A program made the translations under genes and the position numbers. Positions 12,145-23,396 of a stretch of 64,000 bases of DNA are shown piece by piece; within the stretch, counting starts at the first letter, position 1; each line of letters starts with the position of its first letter. The notes beneath the pieces are model-generated. The model was not told the origin of the DNA. It was given only the letters and a program-made list of their open reading frames with translations, and did no database searches. The DNA comes from Lepidodermella squamata (Eukaryota; Animalia; Gastrotricha), in NCBI GenBank assembly GCA_047495785.1, contig JBLDXI010000015.1, forward strand, positions 3,348,001 to 3,412,000. The letters are read 5' to 3'.

Positions 12145-12897
12145 ATGCCGACCTGGGTCTCGAAAAGAGGCAAGGACGCGGCGTCGACCCCACCCCAGCC
12201 GCCGAAGAAACTTCGAGACATTCAAGACACGCCCGATCTCGAGAAATATTTCCCCGAATCTGCGAAAACACATCCTAGCAAGAGCCTGTACTGCGGAATC
12301 TGCGCCGATATCTTCAAACGCCCAGTGCGAGCGCCGTGTGGCCACTCGTTTTGCCAACGCTGCATCACAACGTGGCTATCTATGAACAAAACCTGCCCAC
12401 AAGATCGCAAACCGCTGCAGTTAGCCCAGCTACACCACGATTTTATCATTGAAAGCCTCATCGCTGAGCTGCCAGCTGTTTGCCCGTTCAAAGACCAAGG
12501 CTGCCCGTTGATAAAGCCGTTGAATGAAATTCGCGAACATGCTCAAAAATGTGACTACAACCCTGAAAATATTCCCGATTTTATCCGCGACGTATTGCCT
12601 GGCGGTAAACTTGCTCAACAATTTGAAGCGGCTGCCCAGCAGCCACCGGAAGAACCTGTTCTAGTTTTATCGGACGATGATGAATCACCAAACGTGCCGG
12701 TTGTCCGACGCACTAATGTACCAACTACACCTATAGCTTCGACCTCGTCTAATCGCCAACCGATAGTTTTAAGCTCCCCGGAAGAGGAAGAACCGCCTGC
12801 TGAACCGAGTAGTTTCGTCCCACTTCGACTTCGCCTACTGCGAGCCGGGGGTGCAAGTGCGGATCAGCTGCGCGACGTGGTTGGTTCGACTCGTTGA
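12145..12897 (+). CDS. RING finger E3 ligase (TRAF/RNF151-type) with TRAF/SIAH-like zinc finger; tandem paralog of 10859-11425
   Basis: CGICADIFKRPVRAPCGHSFCQRC...CPQDR, then CPFKDQGC..H...C. Shares QDTPDL.KY and LH.DFI.E.LIAELPA.CPFK with the upstream gene. Confidence 0.88.
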   Translation: MPTWVSKRGKDAASTPPQPPKKLRDIQDTPDLEKYFPESAKTHPSKSLYCGICADIFKRPVRAPCGHSFCQRCITTWLSMNKTCPQDRKPLQLAQLHHDFIIESLIAELPAVCPFKDQGCPLIKPLNEIREHAQKCDYNPENIPDFIRDVLPGGKLAQQFEAAAQQPPEEPVLVLSDDDESPNVPVVRRTNVPTTPIASTSSNRQPIVLSSPEEEEPPAEPSSFVPLRLRLLRAGGASADQLRDVVGSTR

Positions 12898-13054
12898 TTT
12901 GACTTGTTGCTTTCATATACTTACTGCTCATCATCATGACATCGCGATTTTTTATACTATTTCTGCATGTTTCGATTGAATAATAATAAACGCATTTTTG
13001 TGGTTATTTTCCAGTTCTAGTTTTTATTTTGAATTAATTTTTAATCCCGATAAA

Positions 13055-14270
13055 ATGTCCTGTACTTTCTACGTTTTAACGGCGGCTACCATGGCGGTTT
13101 GGTACGACATGAGTCTACACATTTTCGGATCAGGTTTATCGAGGTGAATTAAATAGCCGATAAATTCATCGGTTTCGAATTACGTTTGATTTATACAGAG
13201 ACCACCCCATGACAATTTTAAGGCGGTTTGCGACTGTTGGCATGAATTGTTTGCTCATGATATACGCAGTTTACAAGTTGTTTCAATGGACCGATTCTTA
13301 CTATACGGTAAATTTGACCTGGAAATTCAGGAAATTCGATCTTCTTATCCATCTTACAATCTAGTTTGACAAAGCGCTGATTGATGTTGGTTTGGCGATA
13401 AATTTTGGCAATATCGAATTAGTCATGACAAGCGCGTTGGTTGGTACTGGTTGCACCGTGGTAATTTTGTCATTACGCCACCTTAAAAATCGATACATAC
13501 TAACTCATTTCAGCTGCTTTATTTGGGTGAAATTTTATTGCTGTTTCTATCTGGAGAACTGAAACGATTAACGGAATATGACCATTGGAAGTCTTCGGTT
13601 TTATCCCTGCAAAGCTGGCGCGATATCGTAGTGGTAATTTGTCCAAAATTCGGCTGTGATTTTGAGTAATATTCTGTGAAATTAGGGCCCACTAAGCGAA
13701 GAAATTGCGTTTCGTGGCTGTTTAATCGCTATGTTGAAACACGGCTGTGGGGGAATTTTCTACTCCGTAGTCGTTTCATCGTTGATGTTTGGGGTTGCTC
13801 ATCTCCACCACATTGTCGAAATGATCTTCTTCCAACGCCGGCACTGGTCGAATGCTCTACAGAGCGTCGGTAAAAATTAGAAAAAAACCCGCAAAAATTG
13901 TTTTCACGAGAAAATATTTCAGGTTTTCAAATTGGATATTCGACCATTTTTGGCCTATACGCTTCGTTTTTGTTCGTGAAAACGGGTCATTTGGCCGGGC
14001 CTGTATTAGCGCACGCCCTCTGCAACTGGTTTGGTAAAGCTTCCTAATTTCCATGTTTTTCTCCCAAATTTTATTTCAATTTTCACAGGAATTCCTAGAC
14101 TAGTAGTTGTAGAGCGTAGTGAGGACGAAGGTTCTGAAAATGAATCTTGGTCGTCCTACCTGAACCGCAAACTGTTTCAGTTCGCCAAACGATGTCTGTT
14201 ATTCGTCTACGTGATCGGACTGCTTTTATTTACCATCGTTCTTTCATACCTGCCTGAGCCAAAGCTGTGA
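13055..14270 (+). CDS. RCE1: CAAX prenyl protease 2 (Rce1, CPBP/Abi family), about 8 short exons
   Basis: Read in frames other than the listed ORFs: GPLSEEIAFRGCL (EExxxR), FGVAHLHH, YSTIFGLYASFLFVKTGHLAGPVLAHALCNWF (HxxxN). ~50-nt GT-AG introns. Confidence 0.85.
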
Positions 14271-14943
14271 AGTCTGTTTATTTCTGCTGATATTTTTTTG
14301 CGATCAAACACTGACGGAATAAAATCGCGTTTCATCTTGGTATTTTATTGCTGATTTTATAATATTTTCATTCCATATTATACTGAGATGAAGATTCGAC
14401 ATTTTAATTTTGGTAAACATGTTAATTTTTTTCATCATTCATTCGATTGAAATACACATATAATTTATTATTAAAGCACAAGAATGAAGAGCACGAAGAA
14501 ACGTCAAACTCGGCGAAAACTCAGCAGATGATTGTTGTTTAGGACCTGATTTACATAACATAAGAATACACAGTGTCATTGGTTTGAGTGCTGGAAGAGT
14601 CGCGATTATGGCACCAGAGTTGGAGATAGTATATCATACATGTCATAAATATATCTGTCGTTTTTGACGACTAGAGCACCATGCGTTGCTGGTTTGATTT
14701 TCAATATGCTAGGCGCAACAAAACTACACACCGTTATAGTCAACAGCAAGATTAAGGTGGACGAAAAACAAGAGGAACGATGAAGATGATTCACGCCTTA
14801 AGCGCGTCGACGGAACAACAACAGAAAGAAAACTAGAGGAAAAATTGTGTTTTATTCATTTTTAAATAATAATCAGCTCTCTTTCTCGCAGTGTTCCCTG
14901 ATTCGATTTTGCTACATTCAGTCGAGGTGTTTGCATCGCATTT

Positions 14944-16351
14944 TTATTTTTGCTTATCAGCGACGGGGACGGGCCGGCCGCCGCGGGTCGGCGGGGCGAG
15001 GGCGGCGCGCCAGGCTTCGCGTAGCCGCTGGGCACAATACAGCGTCAGCATGTGAATTTGCAGGGAGACGAAGATGAACAGGTAGAAAAACACGACGGCC
15101 GGGATGCCCATGTTCATGGCGTTGGACGCGTTCGACGCCGCCGCCTGGTCCTGGCTCGCCGAGCCGTGCTGTTTATTGCTCATGTACTGGCTCAACTCAT
15201 CGAAAAGATCGTAGCCTCCGATCATCAACGGAGCAACACCGAAAACGACTGTGCCTACAACACACAAAATTCAAGAAAAATTATTTCAAGGCGGCTCAAC
15301 TTTGGACACTTATGGCTTTGCTGATAAGTATTCAATTCATCTATTAATTATAATTATCTATTAATTATTTACTAATAATTAAAAGACGAATTAAAAGACA
15401 TATTTACTAATAATTAAAAAAAATGGACCCGAGAGTTGATATTGAAAGCCAGAACTCATTGTCTAACTTGATGCTAAAATGTTTTAAATTCACTAAAATC
15501 ATGAAATAATTAGCAAAAATCGCCAAATTTTGCAAGACAATCCGAAATCATCTTCCCACCTTATTCGAAAATCCAGCGTGTCCCAGAAGTTGCAAAACTA
15601 TTTTTTGATTTGGCTTTTTGTAGGTAATTTAATAAATTTCTTCAATTAAACATACCAAGACAATATTCCATCTTTTATCCGCGCTTTAACTGATGAAATG
15701 AACAATTTACCGGGGAAAACCCCGACAGCAACTGGTTCGGTAATTTTCGGTATTTTACCCGTTGGACCAAATTTTTCCGAACTTCTTTTAATCGCATTGG
15801 CATACTTGATTACTCGTGATTTTTCGAATTTTTCTAAAAATTTTCTGGCCATGAGATGCGATTCCATCTCTTATTTTCGAATTTCTGAACCCTTTTCCGC
15901 GTATTTTCATTGCTTGCGTTAATTATGGGACACTCTGTATAAACATTTTCGTAAATTTTTCGACTGATTTTTTATCCTTTTAGATACCGTAGTGAAAAAA
16001 CGAAATCTTACCGATCATTGAATACTGAAGTAACTGAAGGTTATTTTTAGGCAGAGCCAAGTAGCCGAATACTGAGCTAACAGTTGACAGGAGCCAAATC
16101 AACTCCCAAAGGCGAACTTGCGGCACGTTTAGGTGCCGGATGAAAGAGGGTAGAGGGCGAATACCGGCGGCGATCAACAGGCCAGGGATGAGACGCACGA
16201 CCATGAGCATCTCGAGCATCCAATGCATGACAATGGAGAATCGCATGCGGCCTTTATTCTCGGCCGAGATCTTGTAGTGGCTAGCAACTGTCTCGCGGTG
16301 CTTGAAATCGCCGCCATCTGTGCCTGAGACATAGGCGCCTTTCGAGGCCAT
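14944..16351 (-). CDS. JAGN1: Jagunal homolog (ER membrane protein); exons 16351-16012, 15254-14944
   Basis: N-terminus MASKGAYVSGTDGGDFKHRETVASHYK matches the jagunal signature. The 757-nt GTAAG..TTGTAG intron joins in frame to the hydrophobic exon 2. Confidence 0.9.
15574..15937. mobile_element. Tc1/mariner-type MITE (~360 bp) in the JAGN1 intron
   Basis: Left end CAGCGTGTCCCAGAAGTT; right end reverse complement CAGAGTGTCCCATAATT; TA flanks the right end. Confidence 0.65.
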
Positions 16352-16589
16352 CGGCGTTTAGGTTAATCACGATATTAACTAACCTAAAATTAAAAGAAAA
16401 AATTGCAGAAAAAATTCGCCTTTTTTCGTTTTTTATTATCGAAAATTTCTGATAGAAACTGGAAATGGACAGGTTTAATGCTGAACACAAGAACAATCCA
16501 AGCCCAGGGTGCCGAGCCCGATGAGCAAAACCAAAAAACGCGGTGTTTACTAGGTAGTATTGCATGAATTTTCATCATTTTTAAGCCGT

Positions 16590-17081
16590 TTAACGGCGAC
16601 GACGCGCAGGCGGGCGCACGAAAGCCCAATCGACTGAAATTTTCTGGCCCAATAAATCAGCGCCATTGAGAGTATCCAGCGCCTTCCGGGCCTCAACCAA
16701 CGATTCGTACTCGACCAGAGCGTAGCCTTTCACGAAACCAGTACGACGGTCAAGATTAAGGTGGAGGTTTTTAATTTCGCCAAATTCAGCGAATTTATCG
16801 TGGATATCTTCCTCCTGAGCCTCCTCGTGGATGCCGGTGACGAATAAAATCCAGCCTTCGACCGATTTTTGCGGACCGCCAGCGCCCTCGCCGACGCGAC
16901 CGCTTTCGACAGCCTCGTAGTCGCGGACATCCGTACGAGTCGGACCGTCGGCGAAACCACGACCCTTACGACGCTGGGCTCGTTCTTTCAGCCGCTCGAC
17001 GTCCTTATCGGCAACATCGCCCGCTGCCTCGCTTTCACTCGCCAGAATCAGCGATTCGTCTTCCATAGCTGTGGTCGACAT
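16590..17081 (-). CDS. RBM8A: RNA-binding protein 8A (Y14, exon junction complex)
   Basis: [55 protein letters not shown]. Confidence 0.96.
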   Translation of the reverse strand: MSTTAMEDESLILASESEAAGDVADKDVERLKERAQRRKGRGFADGPTRTDVRDYEAVESGRVGEGAGGPQKSVEGWILFVTGIHEEAQEEDIHDKFAEFGEIKNLHLNLDRRTGFVKGYALVEYESLVEARKALDTLNGADLLGQKISVDWAFVRPPARRRR

Positions 17082-17250
17082 GTTGGAATTATCACAATAA
17101 ATGAGCAAATATCTAAGAAAAATTACAATAATTTAAAGATTAAACAATGTTACTTCTTCAAATAAAATATCACAGTTGAGTTATGAGAAAAAGCACGAGT
17201 GTAATTGAATAGTAATCTAATAAAATTGATAATATCAAAATAATTGAAAA

Positions 17251-19158
17251 TCAGATCACAATAGCTATGGAATGACTGGAACCTTGCTTGAAAAAGTTTT
17301 TATCGCCACCAGTTAGGTTTTTGCATCCCGTCAACGTGATGGCACGCAGCGTCGGGCACGAGCCAATCAGCGTCAACACACCGCTGGGCGTGATTTTCGA
17401 CAACTGGCTCAAATCAATCGATTGCAGGCTCAAACAGCGATTCGCCAGCAATTTCAACTCGTTATCAGTTACATCACTCATTCGACTCAAATTCAAATGC
17501 TTCAACATAGGAAGTTGCTCTGCTATAACGTGAATACTCTGCCGGGTCAACTGCCGATTTTTCGCAAGATTCAACGACTCGAGAGACGGGCAATTTTCGC
17601 CGATCGCCACTATCGCAACCTCCGTCAATTTTTTGCAGTGTTCTAGACTCAGAGACTTCAACGTTCGACTAGCAGTTTGAGTTATCGAGTCCACCTGAAT
17701 GTCAAACAAATTGGTAAAGGAACTCAGCTCCAATTGCTGAAGACCGGCACACTTCGCTGCTATACAATCGAACGTTTTCTGCGTTAATTTCGTGTTTTGA
17801 CACAACAAAAGGGTCTGCAATTGAGGCCCGAGAGATGAAATAACGCTGCAAACGGAGTCGTCAGTGACTGATTGACACCCAGTAAGGTCTAGATGAAGTA
17901 AATTTCGAAAGGTCGCGCCGACTATGGCTAGGCCAACGTCGGTCAAAGCGCTCCAGGCTACATTAAGGCGGGTTAATTTCGGCCCGCACTGACTCGCAAG
18001 TCTCAATATCACATTATCGGTATCTAACGCGCCTCTGGACGACGCTCGAATCGTAAACGAATTCAACGAATTTTGAAGTAAACGAAACATATCAGCTAAG
18101 GCGGATGACGATAACTGAGCGCCATCGCAACAAACTAAAGCTAAGGCCTGAGGCTTTCTTTGGCCGATATCAAGCAGCCAAGAATCTTGAACTGTGGCGT
18201 TTCTAAGCACGATCGACCTCCACAACGAAGAATCAGCGGCGAAACGATGTAATTTCTTACAGACCAACATAACAGCAGCTAAATCTGATTGATTCAACAT
18301 CGATAAAATGTATAGCAGCATTTCAGGCGGTAGAGATAACAGCAGCGATTCATCGCCTCTGGAAATTCGAGGTGTCAGCTGGAAAAATTCGGCGTAATCG
18401 CGGGCTGATGGCCGCGCGACGGGCGAGAGATTTCGATCGATTGTATCGTCGTAATCGTAATAAACAACTCGTTCATCCTCCTCAACGTCGTCAATTTTCA
18501 GTGAATCGAACGCTTCGATCACCAAATCCTGAGCTGAATCTGGCTCGTTGAGGTCGCCATTCACGTTCAAATCTCTTTCATTTTCTTGCCTTCGGACAAA
18601 GAAGACCTGCTCATTTTCGACAATTTCTGGCTGGTTTAGGCTAACAGATTCGTAATTGACATTCCAATCGCCAAGAGTACTTCGCATATAATCTTCCAGC
18701 TCATTCTTATTCGTGTAGTAAGGGTTTTGATCCGACTTAACCGGAGCTGGGACAGCAGATTTTCTAGGCGATGTGAATTGCACCTTAGGAGAGTCGCGAA
18801 CGCTAGGCGCTTTATACTGATCGAAATCAGCTGGGACTGCAGTTTTTCTAGGCGAACTGAATTTCACTTTAGGAGAGTCACGAGCACTGGGCGCTTTGTA
18901 CTCATCGAAATCAGTCGATAATTCGACATTTCCGATCAATTCATCGTCATGTTTGCAGGATTCGTAATACTGGCGAACTTGGTCGTAATAACTCTGATAG
19001 TCGCGATCCACACTGGCGAAAAGGTCTTCGACTGATTGAGTTGCGGTTCGAGGTCGAAAATCTTGCTCTTCGCTACCGAGATATGAGCCGCAATTCAGGC
19101 ACCATCGTATATAATAACTGTTTTCATGACTGCAGTCTTGACATATAACTTTTGACAT
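17251..19158 (-). CDS. F-box/LRR protein with N-terminal CxxC..CxxC zinc ribbon
   Basis: F-box LSLPPEMLLYILSML..VCKKL..LW, followed by cysteine-containing LRRs (LxxLDLTGCQSVTD). N-terminal CQDC..CLNC. Confidence 0.88.
   Translation of the reverse strand: MSKVICQDCSHENSYYIRWCLNCGSYLGSEEQDFRPRTATQSVEDLFASVDRDYQSYYDQVRQYYESCKHDDELIGNVELSTDFDEYKAPSARDSPKVKFSSPRKTAVPADFDQYKAPSVRDSPKVQFTSPRKSAVPAPVKSDQNPYYTNKNELEDYMRSTLGDWNVNYESVSLNQPEIVENEQVFFVRRQENERDLNVNGDLNEPDSAQDLVIEAFDSLKIDDVEEDERVVYYDYDDTIDRNLSPVARPSARDYAEFFQLTPRISRGDESLLLSLPPEMLLYILSMLNQSDLAAVMLVCKKLHRFAADSSLWRSIVLRNATVQDSWLLDIGQRKPQALALVCCDGAQLSSSALADMFRLLQNSLNSFTIRASSRGALDTDNVILRLASQCGPKLTRLNVAWSALTDVGLAIVGATFRNLLHLDLTGCQSVTDDSVCSVISSLGPQLQTLLLCQNTKLTQKTFDCIAAKCAGLQQLELSSFTNLFDIQVDSITQTASRTLKSLSLEHCKKLTEVAIVAIGENCPSLESLNLAKNRQLTRQSIHVIAEQLPMLKHLNLSRMSDVTDNELKLLANRCLSLQSIDLSQLSKITPSGVLTLIGSCPTLRAITLTGCKNLTGGDKNFFKQGSSHSIAIVI
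18745..18914 (-). repeat. 84-bp tandem duplication (2 copies, 28 aa) in FBXL
   Basis: DFDEYKAPSARDSPKVKFSSPRKTAVPA / DFDQYKAPSVRDSPKVQFTSPRKSAVPA; units start at 18745 and 18829. Confidence 0.92.
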
Positions 19159-19204
19159 TAAAAATCTAGATTGAAAATTAAAGTTAGCAAAATTAGCTGA
19201 AAAA

Positions 19205-21298
19205 TCAATTTACTTCAGTTTTGATTTCAGATTTAACATTGATAGACTTTTTGGATTTCTTTTGCACCTTTTTCTTTTTAGGTTTAGCAACCTTTTTCTC
19301 ACCATTTTCAGCAGGTTTATCCGTCGATTTCGCTTCAGCAGCTTGTTTCAAGTGTTCCTTAGATTTCTCTAGGCAACGTTGCTTGCGATCAAGCACCTTC
19401 CGATTTTCAATCGAAAATTGAACAATGAGCCGTTTGTTCTCGCCGTAGATCTCAGGGTTGTTATTGAGCTTTTCCAACGCGGCCAGCGCGTGTTTGTGTT
19501 CCTTGAAAGTCACAAACGCGTAACCTCTCGATTTCCCAACACCAGCAGCATTCGGACGGTCCAAATCGCGCATGATACGGCACTCCGTCATTCGAGCGGT
19601 TTTATCATCCAGCGCCTTCAAAATTGTCATCCTTAACTCTTTATCGTCGACAGAGGTCGGAATGTTATGCACGGAGAGACGAGTGTCAGATACGAACATG
19701 ACAGGATTTCGTAGCTTGGCACAATTCGCAGCGTATAATGCGTACCGCTTCTGCAAATCAACTGGCGATAAACCTTCAGCCGTTGGCGTGCCCTGCTTAA
19801 TGTAACCGATTTCGGCTAAACGAAGGTTACGAGGGTCACTCGCTTCCTTCAGCTTGGCATTCTCCGCCTTTGCATTGTCAGCGCCTTTACGATCAAGAGC
19901 CGGAGTAATTGTCAAGCGGCGACCGTCTAAAATCAAGGGCGTTTCGGCACTTTTCCGAATACTTTCATCCGCGTGTTCCTTGTGAATAAACTTAACAAAA
20001 CCAGTACCTTTCGACCGACCGATTTCATCCATGCAGACTTTGGCGTAGAATACGGGGCCGAATAATTTCTCACAGGTTTCCATCAGTGTAGCTTCCTCTG
20101 TTGCAAAAGCAATACCTCTGATAAAAACTGTTCGACCTTCGTCAATATCATGAGACGGCAAAGGCTTCTTCTTCTGCTGCTTCTTTGGAGCAGTGACTTG
20201 CATCGGCTCGGCTTTTACCAAATTTTCGTCGTTCGCGTCATCGTCTGCAACAATACCACTTTCGTCGTTGCGACTGGGTTCTTCGGATTGAGCAGCCAGT
20301 TGCTTCTCGTAAATACCTTTGGGAACGGCCCAATCTACAGCAACAACGCGCTTGTCAACTTTAGTGCCGTTGAGCTTTTCCATTGCTTTTTCAGCGCTGG
20401 AACGATCGACATATTGAACAAACGCAAAACCTTTGATGCTGCCATCCGGCTTGCTGGGCAAGGTAATTTCTGTAATCTTTCCGAAAACTGCCAGCTTTTC
20501 CTTAAGCTTGGCTGAGGTAATTGAGAACGGTAGATTTCTAATGACAAGTCGATGTTGCTTCAAATCACGAAGGGTATTATCATCGATGAGCATAGGTTCA
20601 GGCAGCTTCTCAACGGCAGGCTCTTCGTCTTCACGCTTCTCCATGTAAGTGAAGGTAAATTTGATGTGACCATGCTCACGGAATTCTTTCAGTTGCGTAT
20701 AGCAATCAACTGCAGCAGCTCGCGTAGGACATTCCAACAACACAACAGCTTTTTCGCCTTTTTCCGATTTGACCGGAGGCTGAACATGAGAGATAGTTTT
20801 GAGGGCTGCAAGTTTCGATAACACAGTCAATTTTAGAGCAGGATATAAATTCTCGCTGTCAATCTTAATTGAAATACACCTGCGCCTATCTGAATGCTTG
20901 ATAGGATTAACAGGAGCTTCAACAATGGTTACAATCGGAGGTGAGGTAGTCTTCTTAACCGGCTCCGGGCTTTCTTCAACCTCTATATCTTCGTCTTCTG
21001 AGTCGCGATGTGTCGGTGCAGCTTTGTTCTTTGAAGGCTTCTCTCTGGGGGCTTTGTGATCGGCAAGCTTGCACTGCAGGTCTCGGCCGAACAATTCTAC
21101 GTTTGAATCCACAGCTTTTTGAGCGTCCTCGGGCGTGTGAAATGTAACATAACCAAATCCACGAGATGACTTGGTTACAGGATCGAGAACAACAAATGAA
21201 CGTTTAACTGGAATAGTCGCTTCAAATGCCAGTTTCAAATCTTCATCGCCGGCACGATAGGGCAGATTTCTCACAAAAATGGTTCGACCTGATGTCAT
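19205..21298 (-). CDS. RBM28: RNA-binding protein 28 / Nop4 (multi-RRM nucleolar protein)
   Basis: RRMs (TIFVRNLP..SRGFGYVTF; LVIRNLPF..KGFAFVQY..VAVDWAVPK; SKGTGFVKF; SRGYAFVTF), DPRNLRLA, RLSVHNIP, NNNP..RLIVQFSIEN, Lys-rich tail. Confidence 0.92.
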   Translation of the reverse strand: MTSGRTIFVRNLPYRAGDEDLKLAFEATIPVKRSFVVLDPVTKSSRGFGYVTFHTPEDAQKAVDSNVELFGRDLQCKLADHKAPREKPSKNKAAPTHRDSEDEDIEVEESPEPVKKTTSPPIVTIVEAPVNPIKHSDRRRCISIKIDSENLYPALKLTVLSKLAALKTISHVQPPVKSEKGEKAVVLLECPTRAAAVDCYTQLKEFREHGHIKFTFTYMEKREDEEPAVEKLPEPMLIDDNTLRDLKQHRLVIRNLPFSITSAKLKEKLAVFGKITEITLPSKPDGSIKGFAFVQYVDRSSAEKAMEKLNGTKVDKRVVAVDWAVPKGIYEKQLAAQSEEPSRNDESGIVADDDANDENLVKAEPMQVTAPKKQQKKKPLPSHDIDEGRTVFIRGIAFATEEATLMETCEKLFGPVFYAKVCMDEIGRSKGTGFVKFIHKEHADESIRKSAETPLILDGRRLTITPALDRKGADNAKAENAKLKEASDPRNLRLAEIGYIKQGTPTAEGLSPVDLQKRYALYAANCAKLRNPVMFVSDTRLSVHNIPTSVDDKELRMTILKALDDKTARMTECRIMRDLDRPNAAGVGKSRGYAFVTFKEHKHALAALEKLNNNPEIYGENKRLIVQFSIENRKVLDRKQRCLEKSKEHLKQAAEAKSTDKPAENGEKKVAKPKKKKVQKKSKKSINVKSEIKTEVN

Positions 21299-22373
21299 TG
21301 CAATAACAGAACTATCAAAGAAAACGAAATCTGAATAGAGGAAAAGAAATATAGTTTTTAAACTCTTAGAAAAAAGAAGAGCGCATTGCAGCACCTTCAT
21401 TCAGCGAAATATCACTCTACATCTGCAAGAAACTTGCGCGGTTAAGCGGTTAAGCAACACTCTTCTAAACTCCACTTGCCAACTCTCCCCGAAAAGTGCA
21501 CGAAAGCAGCTACTAACCCTCTACAATTTTGTTTTTATCAGCTGGTTATATTGCTCAAATTTATCGTCATACATATAAATAAATACATTGCTCCGTGTGG
21601 GATAAATTAAGTATGTGAAAATCTAATTTGACTGGAACACTTTGGCGCGCGGGGTTTATTTTTTGTACGTTTTCAGAGCGCGAGTTCTGAGAGTTGAAAG
21701 AGTTTGAGGGAGGTGAGTCAGGACCGGAGCCCGACAGGGCATCTCTTTTGGTTGAGGAGTTTTCTGCTGTGTCTTGTGGCTAGAGGCATGGGGGTTGGGG
21801 GTTAAAAGGTACGTTCGTTTTTCTTCCTCTGATATTTTCAAAGTGGTACTGAAAAGGAATGTGGTAATGAAATCCGGTGTATGAAAACATGTCATTTCTG
21901 TCTATCCGTAGTATATGAAATTATAGCATTCATATCATTTAAATACTAAAGCGTTTTTCGGGTGCCAAAGCGTCCAATTGTTTATTTTGTACGATTGAAA
22001 GAACGAATTAGTTGTAATAGTGTTATGTGCAAAATGAACAGTAAACAATAGACAACATGATGCGCGCGCGCACAGAACAATAGAACATAATACAATCACT
22101 AATATATGAGAAGTGCGCTCGTGACTTCGACGTGGATTGCACTATGATAGGGGTTTGGTAAATGATAAACGGGCGCGAGGACTAGACTCCTCGTGGTACT
22201 AGCAATTCGCTTGTCCCTTGTGGTTCACGGTGAAATTCAACATTCGATCTGTGCTCAACGATGTGCTCAAGTTGGCTTGACATCTCCGTATTCCCAGTTA
22301 ACCAGTTTTACTTCAATTATCTTGACGTTTGCGATCAATATAGATATTTATTACTTTTGTTTGGCTGCGGACA

Positions 22374-23396
22374 ATGCCGAACGTGCAAAATCTGTTTCAG
22401 CAATTAACTAAGGGCAGTCGCCTTGCTTTGGCAAGATCGATTACTTTAGTAGAGTCGACTGATTTCGGAAAGCGCCCAGAAATTTCTCAAATGATGAATA
22501 ATGTCTACAACTATAATCAAGAGAACGCGTCCAAGCGTAACACATTCCGCCTTGGCATTTCTGGACCCCCTGGAGCTGGGAAAAGTACTTTTATCAATGC
22601 CCTTGCTGGATTTCTGCTCAACAATGATGCTAAATTGAAAGTATCTGTGTTGACCGTGGACCCAAGCAGCCCCCAGACCGGAGGGTCTTTACTTGCCGAT
22701 ACGTTGCGAATGGAAACTCTCGGTCAGTTCGCTGATCCCGATAGAGTTTACATTCGTAGCACGCCTTCATCTGGTCATCTTGGCGGAGTTCATCGTCGCA
22801 CACCCTATGCTATTCAGTTGGCCGAAGCGGCAGGTTATGACGTGACTCTGGTAGAAACTGTTGGAACTGGTCAAAGTGAAGTTGAAGTTGCAGGCATGGT
22901 AGATTGCTTCTGCGTTTTGATTCCACCTGCAGCGGGTGATGAAATTCAAGCAATTAAGAAGGGCATTGTTGAAATGGCCGATATTGTTGTCGTAACCAAA
23001 AACGACCCTGTCTTCGCTGACGCTTGCCGTCGAACTTACCGCGATTATTTATCGGCGTTGAAATTATTTCCTCCGAAGCCGAATGGCTGGAAGCCAGTTG
23101 TTGCTCGAGTTTCCGGTAAAACCGGCGATGGCATTCCTCAAGTTTGGGACTACTTGCTTAAATATCAGACCGTGACCAAGGCAAATGGATTTTTCAATCA
23201 CAATCGGTGCACTCAGTTTGAAAAACTGTTCTTGACCGAAGTCGAAAAACAGTTATTGGAGACTGTTTATAACAATCCAAAATTCGCTAAACTCTCCGAG
23301 GAGCTTCAATATAAAGTTTCTACTGGAAAAATGTGGCCAGCATCTGCCGCGCGTTCTTTCATTGCCGAAGTTTTTGGTAAGAAAGCGGAAAGCTAA
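22374..23396 (+). CDS. MMAA: Methylmalonic aciduria type A GTPase (MMAA/MeaB)
   Basis: LARSITLVES, GISGPPGAGKST, VDPSSPQTGGSLLAD, VETVGTGQSE, GDEIQAIKKGIVEMAD. Confidence 0.92.
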   Translation: MPNVQNLFQQLTKGSRLALARSITLVESTDFGKRPEISQMMNNVYNYNQENASKRNTFRLGISGPPGAGKSTFINALAGFLLNNDAKLKVSVLTVDPSSPQTGGSLLADTLRMETLGQFADPDRVYIRSTPSSGHLGGVHRRTPYAIQLAEAAGYDVTLVETVGTGQSEVEVAGMVDCFCVLIPPAAGDEIQAIKKGIVEMADIVVVTKNDPVFADACRRTYRDYLSALKLFPPKPNGWKPVVARVSGKTGDGIPQVWDYLLKYQTVTKANGFFNHNRCTQFEKLFLTEVEKQLLETVYNNPKFAKLSEELQYKVSTGKMWPASAARSFIAEVFGKKAES

